A stretch of 64,000 nucleotides of DNA from Actinomycetota bacterium (GTDB lineage: Bacteria > Actinomycetota > Actinomycetes > S36-B12 > UBA5976): the NCBI GenBank assembly GCA_026392515.1, contig JAPLBY010000030.1:2902-66901 (forward strand). The letters are read 5' to 3'. Both the position numbers and the translations under genes were made by a program. Each line of letters begins with the position of its first letter. The stretch's first letter is position 1. The notes under the pieces were generated by a model that had not been told where the DNA came from, searched no databases, and was given only the letters and a program-made list of their open reading frames with translations. Positions 1 to 10,407 of this stretch are shown piece after piece.

Positions 1-1
1 A

Positions 2-733
2 AGTCCATTGGCCCCTTCACGAGAAGCTCTTGATGTTGTCATCGTAAGAGAAAATACCGAAGGCGAATACTCCGAAGTTGGTGGGCGGCTATTCGCTGGT
101 CAACCCGGTGAGATTGCTATTCAGGAAGCAGTGTTTACGCGTGTGGGTATCGAAAGAATCGCCCGATATGCTTTCGAATTGGCTGGCACAAGAACTGGCC
201 GAGTAGCTTCAGCTACCAAGTCCAATGGAATTGTTCACACGATGCCATTCTGGGATGAAGTTGTGGATGAGGTTGCGCAAGATTACCCAGAGGTAGAACT
301 AACTCGCTTCCATGTCGATGCCCTAGCAGCACTGCTTGTTCTAGATCCAGGAAGATTCGATGTAATTCTTGGTTCTAACCTCTTTGGCGACATCTTGTCA
401 GACTTGGCTGCCGCATTAGTTGGCAGCATCGGTATCGCGCCTTGCGGAAATATAGATCCGACTCGGCGCAATCCTTCCATGTTCGAACCTATTCATGGTT
501 CGGCGCCCGACATCGTGGGTAAAGGAATTGCCAATCCAATCGGACAGATTTGGAGTGCAGCAATGATGCTCGAACATCTCCAGGAATTTAAAGCGGCATC
601 GGGAATCATCGCTGCAATTGAATCAGTTATCGCGTCCGGAATAAAAACACCCGACCTTGGCGGCACGCACAATACTGACGAAGTAACCGATGCTGTGATC
701 AGCGCTTATTTGTCCTCAACCGGTGTGAAGTGA
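2..733 (+). CDS. Tartrate dehydrogenase / 3-isopropylmalate dehydrogenase family protein, C-terminal part (5' end outside window)
   Basis: Frame is open to the window edge. Motifs VIVRENTEGEYS, NLFGDILSDL and HGSAPDIVGKGIANP are typical of beta-decarboxylating dehydrogenases (TtuC/LeuB family). Confidence 0.8.
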   Translation, partial: SPLAPSREALDVVIVRENTEGEYSEVGGRLFAGQPGEIAIQEAVFTRVGIERIARYAFELAGTRTGRVASATKSNGIVHTMPFWDEVVDEVAQDYPEVELTRFHVDALAALLVLDPGRFDVILGSNLFGDILSDLAAALVGSIGIAPCGNIDPTRRNPSMFEPIHGSAPDIVGKGIANPIGQIWSAAMMLEHLQEFKAASGIIAAIESVIASGIKTPDLGGTHNTDEVTDAVISAYLSSTGVK

Positions 734-1629
734 GTATAGCTTTCGCTGAATTCGAGTCGTTACAACTCGATGTCGGCCCCGTTCAGATCCACGTTCGCAC
801 AGCAGGAAGTGGTCCACCCCTTTTACTCCTGCACGGCTATCCAGAGTCATCACTTATGTGGAGAGATGTCGCTTCCAGCCTCGCAGAGAAATTCACTGTT
901 GTAGCAACTGACTTACGGGGTTACGGCAACAGTTCGACGCCACCTGACGATGAACTTCATGAGACGTATAGCAAGCGCGCAATGGCCGCCGATCAAGCAA
1001 AAGTTATGGAGCTACTTGGCCATGACAAATTCATGGTTGCCGGTCACGATCGTGGCGGCCGCGTGGCGCATCGGCTGGCTCTTGACTTCCCGACACGAAT
1101 AAACCGTCTCGCTGTTCTTGACATCATTCCGACGCTTCACATGTTTGAAAATGTTGATCGCGAAATGGCACAGTCATACTTCCACTGGTTCTTCTTGATT
1201 CAAGGTAATGGCGTACCTGAACAGCTAATCAATGCAGACCCGCAAGCTTGGATTGCAAGCAGATTTAGCGGGCGCCTACTTGGGGAAAATCCGATTGATC
1301 CAGACGCGATCACTGAATACACGAACATATTTCAAGACCCAGCACACGTTGCAGCAACCTGCGCTGACTACCGCGCGGCTGCCTCAATAGATCTTGATCA
1401 CGATCGCGCCGATCGCTCAGCAAAGCATCGGATCACTGCTCCCCTGCTCGTGATGTGGGGACAAAGCAGCTACGTGGGCAGAAATTTTGATTCAGTTGAA
1501 GTTTGGAAAAATTTTGCTGATCAAGTTACAGGAATTCAGGCACCGAGTGATCATTACATTCCAGAAGAAGCGCCTAGTTTTACAGCTGAAGTTTTGAGCG
1601 AATTCTTTAGTGCGGGGTTTAACAAGTGA
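730..1629 (+). CDS. Alpha/beta-fold hydrolase (haloacetate dehalogenase / epoxide hydrolase-like)
   Basis: 299-aa ORF with HGYPESSLMW and GHDRGGRVAHR (Asp-nucleophile elbow as in fluoroacetate dehalogenase-type enzymes). GTG start overlaps the upstream stop (GTGA). Confidence 0.75.
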   Translation: MSIAFAEFESLQLDVGPVQIHVRTAGSGPPLLLLHGYPESSLMWRDVASSLAEKFTVVATDLRGYGNSSTPPDDELHETYSKRAMAADQAKVMELLGHDKFMVAGHDRGGRVAHRLALDFPTRINRLAVLDIIPTLHMFENVDREMAQSYFHWFFLIQGNGVPEQLINADPQAWIASRFSGRLLGENPIDPDAITEYTNIFQDPAHVAATCADYRAAASIDLDHDRADRSAKHRITAPLLVMWGQSSYVGRNFDSVEVWKNFADQVTGIQAPSDHYIPEEAPSFTAEVLSEFFSAGFNK

Positions 1630-2732
1630 AAACAAAGCAAAGCATGGTCGACGCACTTCGGGCGTTGGTTGAGATTGAAACGCCTAGCGGTGACAATGAA
1701 GCATTGGAAGTTGGCTTTGCAAAACTGAAAAGTCTTATGGAGCAAGCAACTGGCAGTAGCGCCCAAATAGATCGTGTTGATGGTGTCCCATATCTTTACT
1801 TGCCTGCGTCCGCATCACCTTCGGTGCTATTCATCGGGCACTTGGACACAGTCTGGCCAAAAGGAACATTGACCGAGATACCTTTTGCAGTTTCCAGCGA
1901 TGTCGCAACTGGCCCTGGAGTTTTCGACATGAAAACAGGTCTTGTAATTGCGATGGGTGCAATCGCAAGAAGTGAAGTATCGGATCATGTTGCAATGCTG
2001 GTGACTGGTGACGAAGAAGTTGGTTCCGTAACGAGTAGGGCACTTGTGGAAAAGTATGCCAAGGAGTCGCTGGCAGTAATTGTGACTGAAGGAGCAGCCC
2101 CTTGCGGAGGTATAAAGAAGACCCGCAAAGGCGTTGCGCTTTACAAGTTCACTCTTCAGGGCAAGGCAGCACATGCTGGACTTGAGCCAGAGCGCGGCTC
2201 TAATGCAACTGTTGAACTTGGATCGCTAATTAGCGATCTGTTTGATTTACAAAATATTTCAGCTCAAACAACTGTCACACCCACGGTGGCAAGTTCTGGG
2301 GTGGCGATTAACACGATCCCAGATAAAGCAATCTTGCATGTAGATGCTCGTGCCTGGACTTTATCTGAGCTTCAGCGAATTGACACTGCAATTCGATCTC
2401 GGCAGACCAAAGTAGCTGGGGTAGAAATCACAATTGCGGGAGGCATCAATCGGCCACCACTAGAAGCAAGCGTGACTTCTGAATTGGTTAGCCTTGCCCA
2501 ACAGGCAGCAATCGACGTTGGACTTGAGTCGATTAACGCAGTTGGTGTCGGTGGTGCATCTGATGGAAATTTCACCGCTGCAATGGGGATCCCAACCCTT
2601 GATGGAGTGGGAGCATTCGGAGGCGGCGCTCATGCGCGCGATGAATGGGTGGATCTGAATAGTCTGACGAAAAGATCTGAGTGGCTTGCTTTAATCTGTG
2701 AGCGAGTCATTGCCGGAGGACTAAGTCGATAG
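1626..2732 (+). CDS. M20 family metallopeptidase (carboxypeptidase G2 / glutamate carboxypeptidase-like)
   Basis: 368-aa ORF with HLDTVWP, GPGVFDMKTG and TGDEEVGS metal-ligand motifs. Start overlaps the upstream stop (GTGA), suggesting translational coupling. Confidence 0.8.
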   Translation: MKTKQSMVDALRALVEIETPSGDNEALEVGFAKLKSLMEQATGSSAQIDRVDGVPYLYLPASASPSVLFIGHLDTVWPKGTLTEIPFAVSSDVATGPGVFDMKTGLVIAMGAIARSEVSDHVAMLVTGDEEVGSVTSRALVEKYAKESLAVIVTEGAAPCGGIKKTRKGVALYKFTLQGKAAHAGLEPERGSNATVELGSLISDLFDLQNISAQTTVTPTVASSGVAINTIPDKAILHVDARAWTLSELQRIDTAIRSRQTKVAGVEITIAGGINRPPLEASVTSELVSLAQQAAIDVGLESINAVGVGGASDGNFTAAMGIPTLDGVGAFGGGAHARDEWVDLNSLTKRSEWLALICERVIAGGLSR

Positions 2733-2760
2733 CTGAGTCCGGCACCCGGAAGCAGCGACT

Positions 2761-4602
2761 CTAATCTTGGTCCCAGCGCTGACCGAGAAGTGCTTTGTCA
2801 GTTAACTCTTTCATGCGTCTGTAGTCATGCGCTAACCCGGCAAGTCCGCCAGGCATGTGGCCACCCTGGAACCAATCAAGCACAACATCGCCACCTGCAT
2901 CGCGTAACGAATCGGCATATCTCTGGGCTTGTTCGGGTGGAGTCCGAGTGTCGAATGCACCTTGATTTAACCATGCTGGTGCGCGAACATGTTCAACATA
3001 TGAAATTGGGGATGCCTCTTGCCATGGCGTTGGATCAATTTCTGGATCGCTACCAACAAAACCTCGCCAGGCAGTCTGTAGCGCTGGGTTCATCTGTGGA
3101 TACGCGGCAACCCAGTCGGCTTGCGCAACGTGCGCAAGGCCTCCAGCAATTCGATTCGGTAATTTCCCAAGCGCCAACAATGTTAGGAAGCCACCGTAAG
3201 ACGCGCCGGTAATAAATATCGACTCAGCACTTGCTAACCCTGCTGACTCCAGCCAATTGATTGCTGCATCGATGTCGTCGATTTCGCCTACTCCGACCCG
3301 ACCCCAGAAGCTCTCTCGGAATTCTCTGCCAAAAGTAACGCTGCCGCGATAGTTAAGCGCCGCATACGCCCAACCATCATCGATCCAGGACTGAGCCAAT
3401 GCGTCATAGCGATCCACCGTGACTAAATTTGGGCCGCCGTGAACTTCAAGAATTACTCCTCGTGGTTTTTCGAGCCCCTTTGGTAATCCAACCCACAGCT
3501 GTGCCTTGGCGCCATCTCTACTTGTAACTGTGTGAGATGCGAACTGGCTCGCGTGCGGAACATTTGAAGGCGGGAGTACAACTTGAGGCATCTCGCTATT
3601 GCGAGACTCAAGTATGTGAAGTGGCACGTCCCAACTACTTGTCACAAGTCTGCGTGCGCCATCATGTGCGTAATACGAAGACCAAATGACTGGAAATTCA
3701 GATCCGGTATCCGGTTCGAAAAATGCACCCTGTGGATGTTGCAAGTGTGTTGTAATTCCAGAATCTAGATCGTGCTCCAACAGCCGGTGGATACCCTCAT
3801 CAACATGGACTAAAAGTACTCTTCCAGATTCGGAATGCCAGTCGAGCGGAACTACATCACCCAAGTACGAAGGCAATGGGATATCAATTCTTACTCCGTT
3901 GATTGGGTCCCAAACAAGTGGTCGTGCAAAACCTGAAACTTCCGTGCTTGCGAGTAGCCGACTATCGCCAGGCTGTTGCGCAAAGCGGATTGGGCGGATG
4001 GGTCCCAATTCCCCATCCGACAAAGTTGCAACGACTTCACCAGTTGCGTTGTCGACAACTGTAACTGCAAAGCGACGAATGCCTGGATTCTGATCTGTTG
4101 TCTCTAATGCAGAAAGCCTGCAATCTGCAGATAGGATCCCTGACCAAGCCTCGTTATCAGAACGGAAGATAACTCTGGCATCATTTGGGTTTTTAACATT
4201 GGAAAGCACTGCATAGAAACCAGTTTCATCTCCGGCCGTAACAAGAACTGTTTGGCCATCGATAGCGCAATCAATTCCGCGAACTGTGTATGAACCATGT
4301 CCCGGTGTTAGGTCGCGACTAGCTCCGCCAGCACTAGGAGTTGCGTGCAAGTGACCGAGCTCCGAGCCAGTTGGGTCATCTAAGTCAAGGATGTATTGCC
4401 CATCCGGGGTGATTGTGGTTGCATACGTAACTTGATCGAATGAAGATTTTCTTAATTCTTTAGTCTTACCGTTCCAAATGGAAAGCGATAGCCCTTCAAG
4501 GTCATGGTCAATGACGACTGCAAGGTCAGCTGGTCCACGGACTGCTCGAATGACAATGGCGTACGGTGAATCTAGGCGCTTAGACACAGGAATCTGTTCC
4601 AT
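2761..4602 (-). CDS. S9 family serine peptidase (prolyl oligopeptidase / acylaminoacyl-peptidase-like)
   Basis: 613-aa ORF. N-terminal half looks like a beta-propeller. C-terminal alpha/beta hydrolase part carries the GASYGGF nucleophile motif and a distal GGHM region. Confidence 0.8.
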   Translation of the reverse strand: MEQIPVSKRLDSPYAIVIRAVRGPADLAVVIDHDLEGLSLSIWNGKTKELRKSSFDQVTYATTITPDGQYILDLDDPTGSELGHLHATPSAGGASRDLTPGHGSYTVRGIDCAIDGQTVLVTAGDETGFYAVLSNVKNPNDARVIFRSDNEAWSGILSADCRLSALETTDQNPGIRRFAVTVVDNATGEVVATLSDGELGPIRPIRFAQQPGDSRLLASTEVSGFARPLVWDPINGVRIDIPLPSYLGDVVPLDWHSESGRVLLVHVDEGIHRLLEHDLDSGITTHLQHPQGAFFEPDTGSEFPVIWSSYYAHDGARRLVTSSWDVPLHILESRNSEMPQVVLPPSNVPHASQFASHTVTSRDGAKAQLWVGLPKGLEKPRGVILEVHGGPNLVTVDRYDALAQSWIDDGWAYAALNYRGSVTFGREFRESFWGRVGVGEIDDIDAAINWLESAGLASAESIFITGASYGGFLTLLALGKLPNRIAGGLAHVAQADWVAAYPQMNPALQTAWRGFVGSDPEIDPTPWQEASPISYVEHVRAPAWLNQGAFDTRTPPEQAQRYADSLRDAGGDVVLDWFQGGHMPGGLAGLAHDYRRMKELTDKALLGQRWDQD

Positions 4603-4614
4603 GACTTTTCAAAC

Positions 4615-5583
4615 TCAAGCCTTCTCTGGGTGATGACATGCCACAAAGTGTTCATCTTGAGCATTCAATGATGGCAACGTGTCACAAAGTTCGGTGCTTT
4701 TCCAGCAACGACTTTTAAATGAGCACCCAGCTGGAAGATTTAGTGGTGACGGCAAGTCACCCTCGAGAAGAATCCGCTGTCGCGATCTCTCGATGCGAGG
4801 GTCTGGAACAGGGACTGCGGAAATCAAAGCCTTTGTATATGGATGTAGTGGATTTTCATACAACTTGTCAGTGGTCACCTGCTCAACGATCCGACCCAGA
4901 TACATCACGGCAACCTCGTGACTTATGTGACGAACAACTGAGAGATCATGTGCGATGAAAACATATGCAAGATTAAGTCGTACTTGTAATTCGTCCAACA
5001 AGTTAAGAACCCCGGCTTGCACGCTGACATCAAGAGCACTAACTGGTTCGTCTAAAACAATAATCTCTGGCTCAAGTGCTAGTGCCCGTGCAATACCGAC
5101 GCGCTGACGCTGTCCCCCGGAAAGCTCATGCGGATACTGCTCAAGTACTGATTGACTCAGGCCAACAAGCTCAGCCAACTCACTGATGCGTTGGCTCTCT
5201 TGACCTTGCGCCAATTTATGCAGCTGAAGTGGTTCAACCAAAATCGATGCGATCGACTGACGTGGATCAAGTGATGCGTAAGGGTCTTGAAATACCAGTT
5301 GGATACGGCGGCGTGCTGCGCGTAACTCTTTAGCAGTCAGCTTCGAAAGATCCTGCCCGTCAAGTAATACTGCACCGGAGGTCGGAGTCACCAGGTTTAC
5401 CAGGCACCGCCCGACGGTTGACTTTCCGCAACCTGTTTCACCTACTAATCCCAAAGTTTTGCCACGTTCAAGAGTGAGCGATATTCCGTTAACAGCCTTG
5501 ACCGTGTTTGTTTCCCTTCGCAACAGACCGCCACGAACTGGATACTCCTTAACTAGGTCACGAACTTCCAAAACTGGTGACAT
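4615..5583 (-). CDS. Peptide ABC transporter ATP-binding protein (OppF/DppF-like)
   Basis: Walker A GETGCGKST, signature LSGGQRQR and Walker B IIVLDEP. Has the C-terminal oligopeptide-transporter extension with Cys residues. Confidence 0.9.
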   Translation of the reverse strand: MSPVLEVRDLVKEYPVRGGLLRRETNTVKAVNGISLTLERGKTLGLVGETGCGKSTVGRCLVNLVTPTSGAVLLDGQDLSKLTAKELRAARRRIQLVFQDPYASLDPRQSIASILVEPLQLHKLAQGQESQRISELAELVGLSQSVLEQYPHELSGGQRQRVGIARALALEPEIIVLDEPVSALDVSVQAGVLNLLDELQVRLNLAYVFIAHDLSVVRHISHEVAVMYLGRIVEQVTTDKLYENPLHPYTKALISAVPVPDPRIERSRQRILLEGDLPSPLNLPAGCSFKSRCWKSTELCDTLPSLNAQDEHFVACHHPEKA

Positions 5584-6590
5584 CAGTTCGCCTCCTGATC
5601 CTTAACTAAATGACAGCGCGCTACGTGCTCTGGCCCTGCTCGATGAACAATAGGAATTTCGGTATCGCACTTGCCTGCGACGGCTATCGAGCAGCGTGGA
5701 TGGAACGAGCAACCCTCAGGTCGCTGAGCTGGTGACGGTTGAAAGCCTGGTATTCGATAAAGCGGTTCAGAACGATTCCTGGCATCAAGACGTGGCAAAG
5801 AGCCAAGTAATCCGCGTGTGTAAGGGTGTGCTGTTTCATAGAAGACAGAGTCGACTCCGCCTTCTTCAATCACATCGCCTGAATACATGACTGCGACTCG
5901 ATCTGCGAAACCTGCGATCACACCCAAGTCGTGCGTGATTAGCAATAGCGAGCTACTTGTACGATCTTGAATTCGATTTAAAACATCGAGAATTTGGGCC
6001 TGGACAGTAACATCCAGCGCTGTTGTGGGCTCGTCAGCAATGATCAGATCGGGTTCATTGGCAACGCTCATAGCTATAAGCGCACGTTGTCTCATGCCAC
6101 CAGAAAACTCATGCGGGAAATTGTCTACTCGAGTTTCTGGTTGTGAAATGCCCACTAAATCTAGTAAGTCCACTGCCCGACTGCGAAGTTCTGATTTAGA
6201 CAGGTTGTTGTCGTGAACACTTATCGCTTCGGCAATTTGCTTTCCAACTGTGTGAACTGGATTCAGTGCAGTGAGCGCGTCTTGCGCAATGACGGCTAGC
6301 CGCTTGCCACGCAATTCTCTAAGATCGGACTCCTTCGCACCGATAAGTTCTTGCCCGAGAAAGCGAATAGAGCCAGAAACTTCAGCGTTAGCAGGAAGTA
6401 GTCCCATAATTGCTGCGCTAGTCAAACTCTTACCCGAACCGGACTCCCCCACTACACCTAGCGACTCGCCTCTGGCGATGCTCAGGGATAAATTGCGAAT
6501 TGCAAAAAAGTCTTCGCCTTCGCGCATGTGGAAAAAAACAGATAAGTCATTGACTTCTAGCAAAGTTTCGTTTGTGGAGTTGTGTGTCAT
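5583..6590 (-). CDS. Peptide ABC transporter ATP-binding protein (OppD/DppD-like)
   Basis: Walker A GESGSGKS, signature FSGGMRQR and Walker B LIIADEPTTALD. Has the C-terminal Opp-type extension. Confidence 0.9.
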   Translation of the reverse strand: MTHNSTNETLLEVNDLSVFFHMREGEDFFAIRNLSLSIARGESLGVVGESGSGKSLTSAAIMGLLPANAEVSGSIRFLGQELIGAKESDLRELRGKRLAVIAQDALTALNPVHTVGKQIAEAISVHDNNLSKSELRSRAVDLLDLVGISQPETRVDNFPHEFSGGMRQRALIAMSVANEPDLIIADEPTTALDVTVQAQILDVLNRIQDRTSSSLLLITHDLGVIAGFADRVAVMYSGDVIEEGGVDSVFYETAHPYTRGLLGSLPRLDARNRSEPLYRIPGFQPSPAQRPEGCSFHPRCSIAVAGKCDTEIPIVHRAGPEHVARCHLVKDQEAN

Positions 6591-7492
6591 TTACGTTTCC
6601 TACCTTGCATTGATCCGGATCCAGAGCGTGGATCTAATGCATCACGCAGGCCATCACCGACAAAATTCACAGCTAGTACTGCGATCAAGATAAAAAGACC
6701 AGGGAAATAGAGAAGGTAAACCTTTGAAGTTCCAATTAATCCTGAAGCTTGGCTAAGCATGTTGCCCCAACTTGTCTGAGGCGGTTGCACTCCAAATCCC
6801 AAGAAACTTAAGGTTGACTCGATGATGATCGCAGACGCCACTGCCAGTGCGACATTAACTGCTATGACTCCACCTAAATTTGGTAACACGTGTTTCCATA
6901 TAATCTGACGATCATTTGCGCCGATTACTCGCGCAGCTTCGATGAATTCACGTTCGCGCAAAGACAACACTTGGCCACGCACAACTCTTGCGATATAAGT
7001 CCATCCAATTAGGGATAGGACCAAAACAATCGAAAATGGGCTACGACCAAGACCCTGAAGCGCTAGAGCAAGTAAGGCGATTGCTGGAACCACTAAGAAT
7101 AAATCAGTTATTCGCATAAACAAGTTGTCTACCCAGCCGCCTTTGTATCCAGCTAGCACCCCAACGAGTACTCCAATGGCAGTAGAAACAAGTGCGACTG
7201 AAAGTGCCAGTAAAAGTGAGACCTGTCCCGCGTAGAGAATTTCGGTTAGATAATCGCGTCCCAAATCATCTGTTCCCAACAAATGCTCGAACGAAGGCGG
7301 CACTGGTCCCAGCAATAGATCCTGTTGATTTTTTGGGAATGGCGCAAAAATTGGTGCTCCAAAGCATGCGATAAAAAGAAACAGCAAAGTTAGGCCACCT
7401 AGTAATGCCAACCTATGTCTAATAAACCTTTGCAGAAATTTACTTCTCCCATTTGATGGCAACTTTGCCACTGCAGTTACCTCAGCCATCAC
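6587..7492 (-). CDS. Peptide ABC transporter permease (OppC/DppC-like)
   Basis: 301-aa polytopic ORF containing the EAA-loop-like EAARVIGANDRQIIWKHVLPN. Overlaps neighbouring genes by 4 nt. Confidence 0.85.
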   Translation of the reverse strand: MMAEVTAVAKLPSNGRSKFLQRFIRHRLALLGGLTLLFLFIACFGAPIFAPFPKNQQDLLLGPVPPSFEHLLGTDDLGRDYLTEILYAGQVSLLLALSVALVSTAIGVLVGVLAGYKGGWVDNLFMRITDLFLVVPAIALLALALQGLGRSPFSIVLVLSLIGWTYIARVVRGQVLSLREREFIEAARVIGANDRQIIWKHVLPNLGGVIAVNVALAVASAIIIESTLSFLGFGVQPPQTSWGNMLSQASGLIGTSKVYLLYFPGLFILIAVLAVNFVGDGLRDALDPRSGSGSMQGRKRK

Positions 7493-8454
7493 AAGCGCAC
7501 GCGTGGATCTAATAAACCGTAGGCAATGTCAGCTACTAAATTTAAAACGATAACTGCGATGCCTGTAATCAACATCCATGGCAGTAATACAAAAGCGTCA
7601 CCCGCAAGAAGTGAATCAAGGAATAGTCGACCCATTCCAGGAATTGAAAATACCTGTTCCGTCACTAAAAGTCCGCCCACAAGTAATGCTGCGTCAATCG
7701 ATACAACTGTTACTAGAGGTCCCCAGGAATTTCGTAGCGCATGACTTACCACTACTCGCCGTCGTGGAACACCTTTTGCTCGGGCCGTGCGAACGTAATC
7801 ACTTGAAAGAGCATCCAACATAGACGCTCGAGTGAATCTACTCCAAGTTGCAACTAAACCTACGGTTAGCGTTAGGACCGGTAAGACCATGTGGCGGGCA
7901 GTATCAATGAATGTCGGCTCTTCCCCGGCAGAAGTCAGACCAACAAAAAAGAATAAGGGCTCATCCCATCCGAACAATTGCTGTGGCCAAACTGCCAAGA
8001 ATTGAATCAGAATCAATCCAAACCAAAACGCAGGGAGCGCGAGTCCCAAATATGAAATCCCTGTGAGCGCATAGTCCGAAAATGAATACTGTCGGACCGC
8101 TGACCAAACTCCAAGGACGACCGCCACAATAAATGCAAATAGTAGCCCCCACACAAGAAGCTCAAGGGTGACAGTAAGTGCTGATTGGATCATTGGCTTT
8201 ACAGATCCAGATGTGCGACTGCTAACTCCCCAGTCTCCGGTAACAAACCCAGAGAGCCATCGCCAATACTGCACAAGAATTCCTTGATCGAGTCCTAGGC
8301 GTTGCGTTTCACGAATGATTACTTCAGGATCTCGAATCTGACGCAATTTGGCTAAGGGATCGAATGCAGTTCTCACTGACCAGAACAAAAGGAAACTTCC
8401 AATGACCAATACCGGGAGTGAGTATATGAGTCGGCGAAAGGCATATGCGAACAT
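7489..8454 (-). CDS. Peptide ABC transporter permease (OppB/DppB-like)
   Basis: 321-aa polytopic ORF with YVRTARAKGVPRRRVVVSHALRN, the binding-protein-dependent permease signature. Confidence 0.85.
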   Translation of the reverse strand: MFAYAFRRLIYSLPVLVIGSFLLFWSVRTAFDPLAKLRQIRDPEVIIRETQRLGLDQGILVQYWRWLSGFVTGDWGVSSRTSGSVKPMIQSALTVTLELLVWGLLFAFIVAVVLGVWSAVRQYSFSDYALTGISYLGLALPAFWFGLILIQFLAVWPQQLFGWDEPLFFFVGLTSAGEEPTFIDTARHMVLPVLTLTVGLVATWSRFTRASMLDALSSDYVRTARAKGVPRRRVVVSHALRNSWGPLVTVVSIDAALLVGGLLVTEQVFSIPGMGRLFLDSLLAGDAFVLLPWMLITGIAVIVLNLVADIAYGLLDPRVRL

Positions 8455-8555
8455 CGCTGCCTACCTCCCTCTCATGTCACTCTAAGTAAAGTGCTGACCA
8501 GCAATTCTGCGGCCTTTCTCTACCCGCTTAATTGCCAACATGTGTTAGGAAGTAA

Positions 8556-10259
8556 TTATTTCACCAAGCCCCATTGCTCTAGGTTCCAGAATGGACCTTC
8601 TGCAGGATTAATCGAAGTTGGTCCACCTACCTTTTCCAGAGTAAGCAGAACGTTTGGCACTCCCGCTAATGGCAACGACGTGGCCGAATCAGCGAGTAGC
8701 TTGTCGCCATCCTGAGTTGCCTTCAATCGCTCGGCAGCATCAATCGAACTATCCACGGTCGCAAGGATTTCATTTAGTCCCGGAACGTCCGTTCGACTGT
8801 AATTCAAGCCAGAGAATCCATTGGCATCACTTGGGATGCTGTTGGAATCAAATGCAAAGCTAAGACCTGGATCTGGGAACGTGGTAACTAAAGTCCATAA
8901 TCCTAAGTCGAAGGTTCCATCCGGAAGGATAGTTCCAAACAAATCTGCAGCCGCCGCGTTCTCAATAGTTAAACCAAATCCAGCGGTTTTCAGCTGCTCT
9001 TGAATTACCTGTTCCATAAGTTCTCGACGCAAATTTCCAGAGATGGTAGTGATCTTAAGGTTGGCGGCGTTGCCATCCTTTGCCCAGATGCCATCGGCGC
9101 CCTTTGCCCAGCCATCACCTGTCATCAATGAATCAACTTTTGCGAGGTCAAGCGAGTAGACCGAGAAGTCTTGTCCGCCAAATGCCGACAGGCTTGGTGG
9201 GTAGAAACTTTGTGCCGGACTCTTCACACCTAATGGTCCATAAACCCGCTCAACGATTGCGGCGCGATCAATTGAGTAACTCAAAGCCTGACGAACTGCC
9301 TGTGACTTTAGAAGTGGTGTGGCATTGTTCATCCAAATTGCTTCAAGGTTTCCTGACGCTGCGTCGACTTGAACGCGAGCACCTGGAATTCCCGTATTAA
9401 TTTGATCGATCGCATCAAGTTGTGGACTTGGGTAAATCGCATCAAGTTGGCCACTCTTAAATGCTTGGAAAGCAGCTGCAGTATCCGCAGTGAACTGGAA
9501 CACGACTTTATCAAGTTTTGGCTTATCGCCCCAGTAGCCAGCGTTAGGCACAAGTGTTATTGATTCACCCTTTTTCCAAGATTCAATTACCCATGGGCCA
9601 CCGCTCCAGGTGTAACCATCAGCCATAAGAGCGGCTCTATCTTTGCCCTCTAGTAAGTGACTCGGAAGTAGTCCGTAACTTCCGCTGAACAAAGTCTTCC
9701 ATCCTGCATAAACCGTATTGAAAGTTACAACTGCGGTCTGTGCATCAGGAGTAGCGATGTCTTCGATTGCTGAGTAGCCAGTTTTGTCAAGAACATCTTC
9801 ACCGTCGCGAATTTGTAACGCGGTGTATTTAAGGTCAGCGGATGTAATTGGAGTTCCATCAGACCAAACTGCATCTGGATTAAATTTGTATGTAACGGTT
9901 TGTGGAGGACCGGCGCTTACTTCCGGTTCGGAAGCCATGATTCCGGAGATTTCAGGAACCCAGTCTTCGCCGTTCTTGCGAACATTAAATACAAATGGAG
10001 TTGTTGTAATTTGCGCCATGTACGAACCCCAGATTGAACCTGCGCAGCTTGCGATCCAGTCCATGCAATCAGGTTCTTGCTCAGCTCCAATAACTAAAGT
10101 TCCACCCTGTTGCAATTCAACAGCGCTAGCACTAGGGGCGCTTTCGGAGGAACCTGCACCGCAACCTGCAAGCAGAAGTGTCGCACTAGCCATGAGTGCA
10201 ATCACCGCAGTTAGTGGCCGTCGGGACTTTTGATTTGGCTCAATGTTTAATAACTGCAT
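8556..10259 (-). CDS. ABC transporter substrate-binding lipoprotein, family 5 (peptide/nickel)
   Basis: Lipobox LLLAGCG after a basic n-region, with size and composition typical of SBP family 5. I chose the ATG at 10259 because GGAGG lies 5-6 nt upstream. The ORF track begins at 10271. Confidence 0.8.
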   Translation of the reverse strand: MQLLNIEPNQKSRRPLTAVIALMASATLLLAGCGAGSSESAPSASAVELQQGGTLVIGAEQEPDCMDWIASCAGSIWGSYMAQITTTPFVFNVRKNGEDWVPEISGIMASEPEVSAGPPQTVTYKFNPDAVWSDGTPITSADLKYTALQIRDGEDVLDKTGYSAIEDIATPDAQTAVVTFNTVYAGWKTLFSGSYGLLPSHLLEGKDRAALMADGYTWSGGPWVIESWKKGESITLVPNAGYWGDKPKLDKVVFQFTADTAAAFQAFKSGQLDAIYPSPQLDAIDQINTGIPGARVQVDAASGNLEAIWMNNATPLLKSQAVRQALSYSIDRAAIVERVYGPLGVKSPAQSFYPPSLSAFGGQDFSVYSLDLAKVDSLMTGDGWAKGADGIWAKDGNAANLKITTISGNLRRELMEQVIQEQLKTAGFGLTIENAAAADLFGTILPDGTFDLGLWTLVTTFPDPGLSFAFDSNSIPSDANGFSGLNYSRTDVPGLNEILATVDSSIDAAERLKATQDGDKLLADSATSLPLAGVPNVLLTLEKVGGPTSINPAEGPFWNLEQWGLVK

Positions 10260-10407
10260 GATTTCCTCCATGAAAGATGTAACTCGGGCAAAAGTAACTT
10301 TGAATTACTCTTGCAATTTAGCGATCTCAGCATTGATCAAGCAAGGGTTAAAGACAACTTGATAGTCAATGTTATAGACTTGTTACCTAACCTTATGGTC
10401 TAGCATT

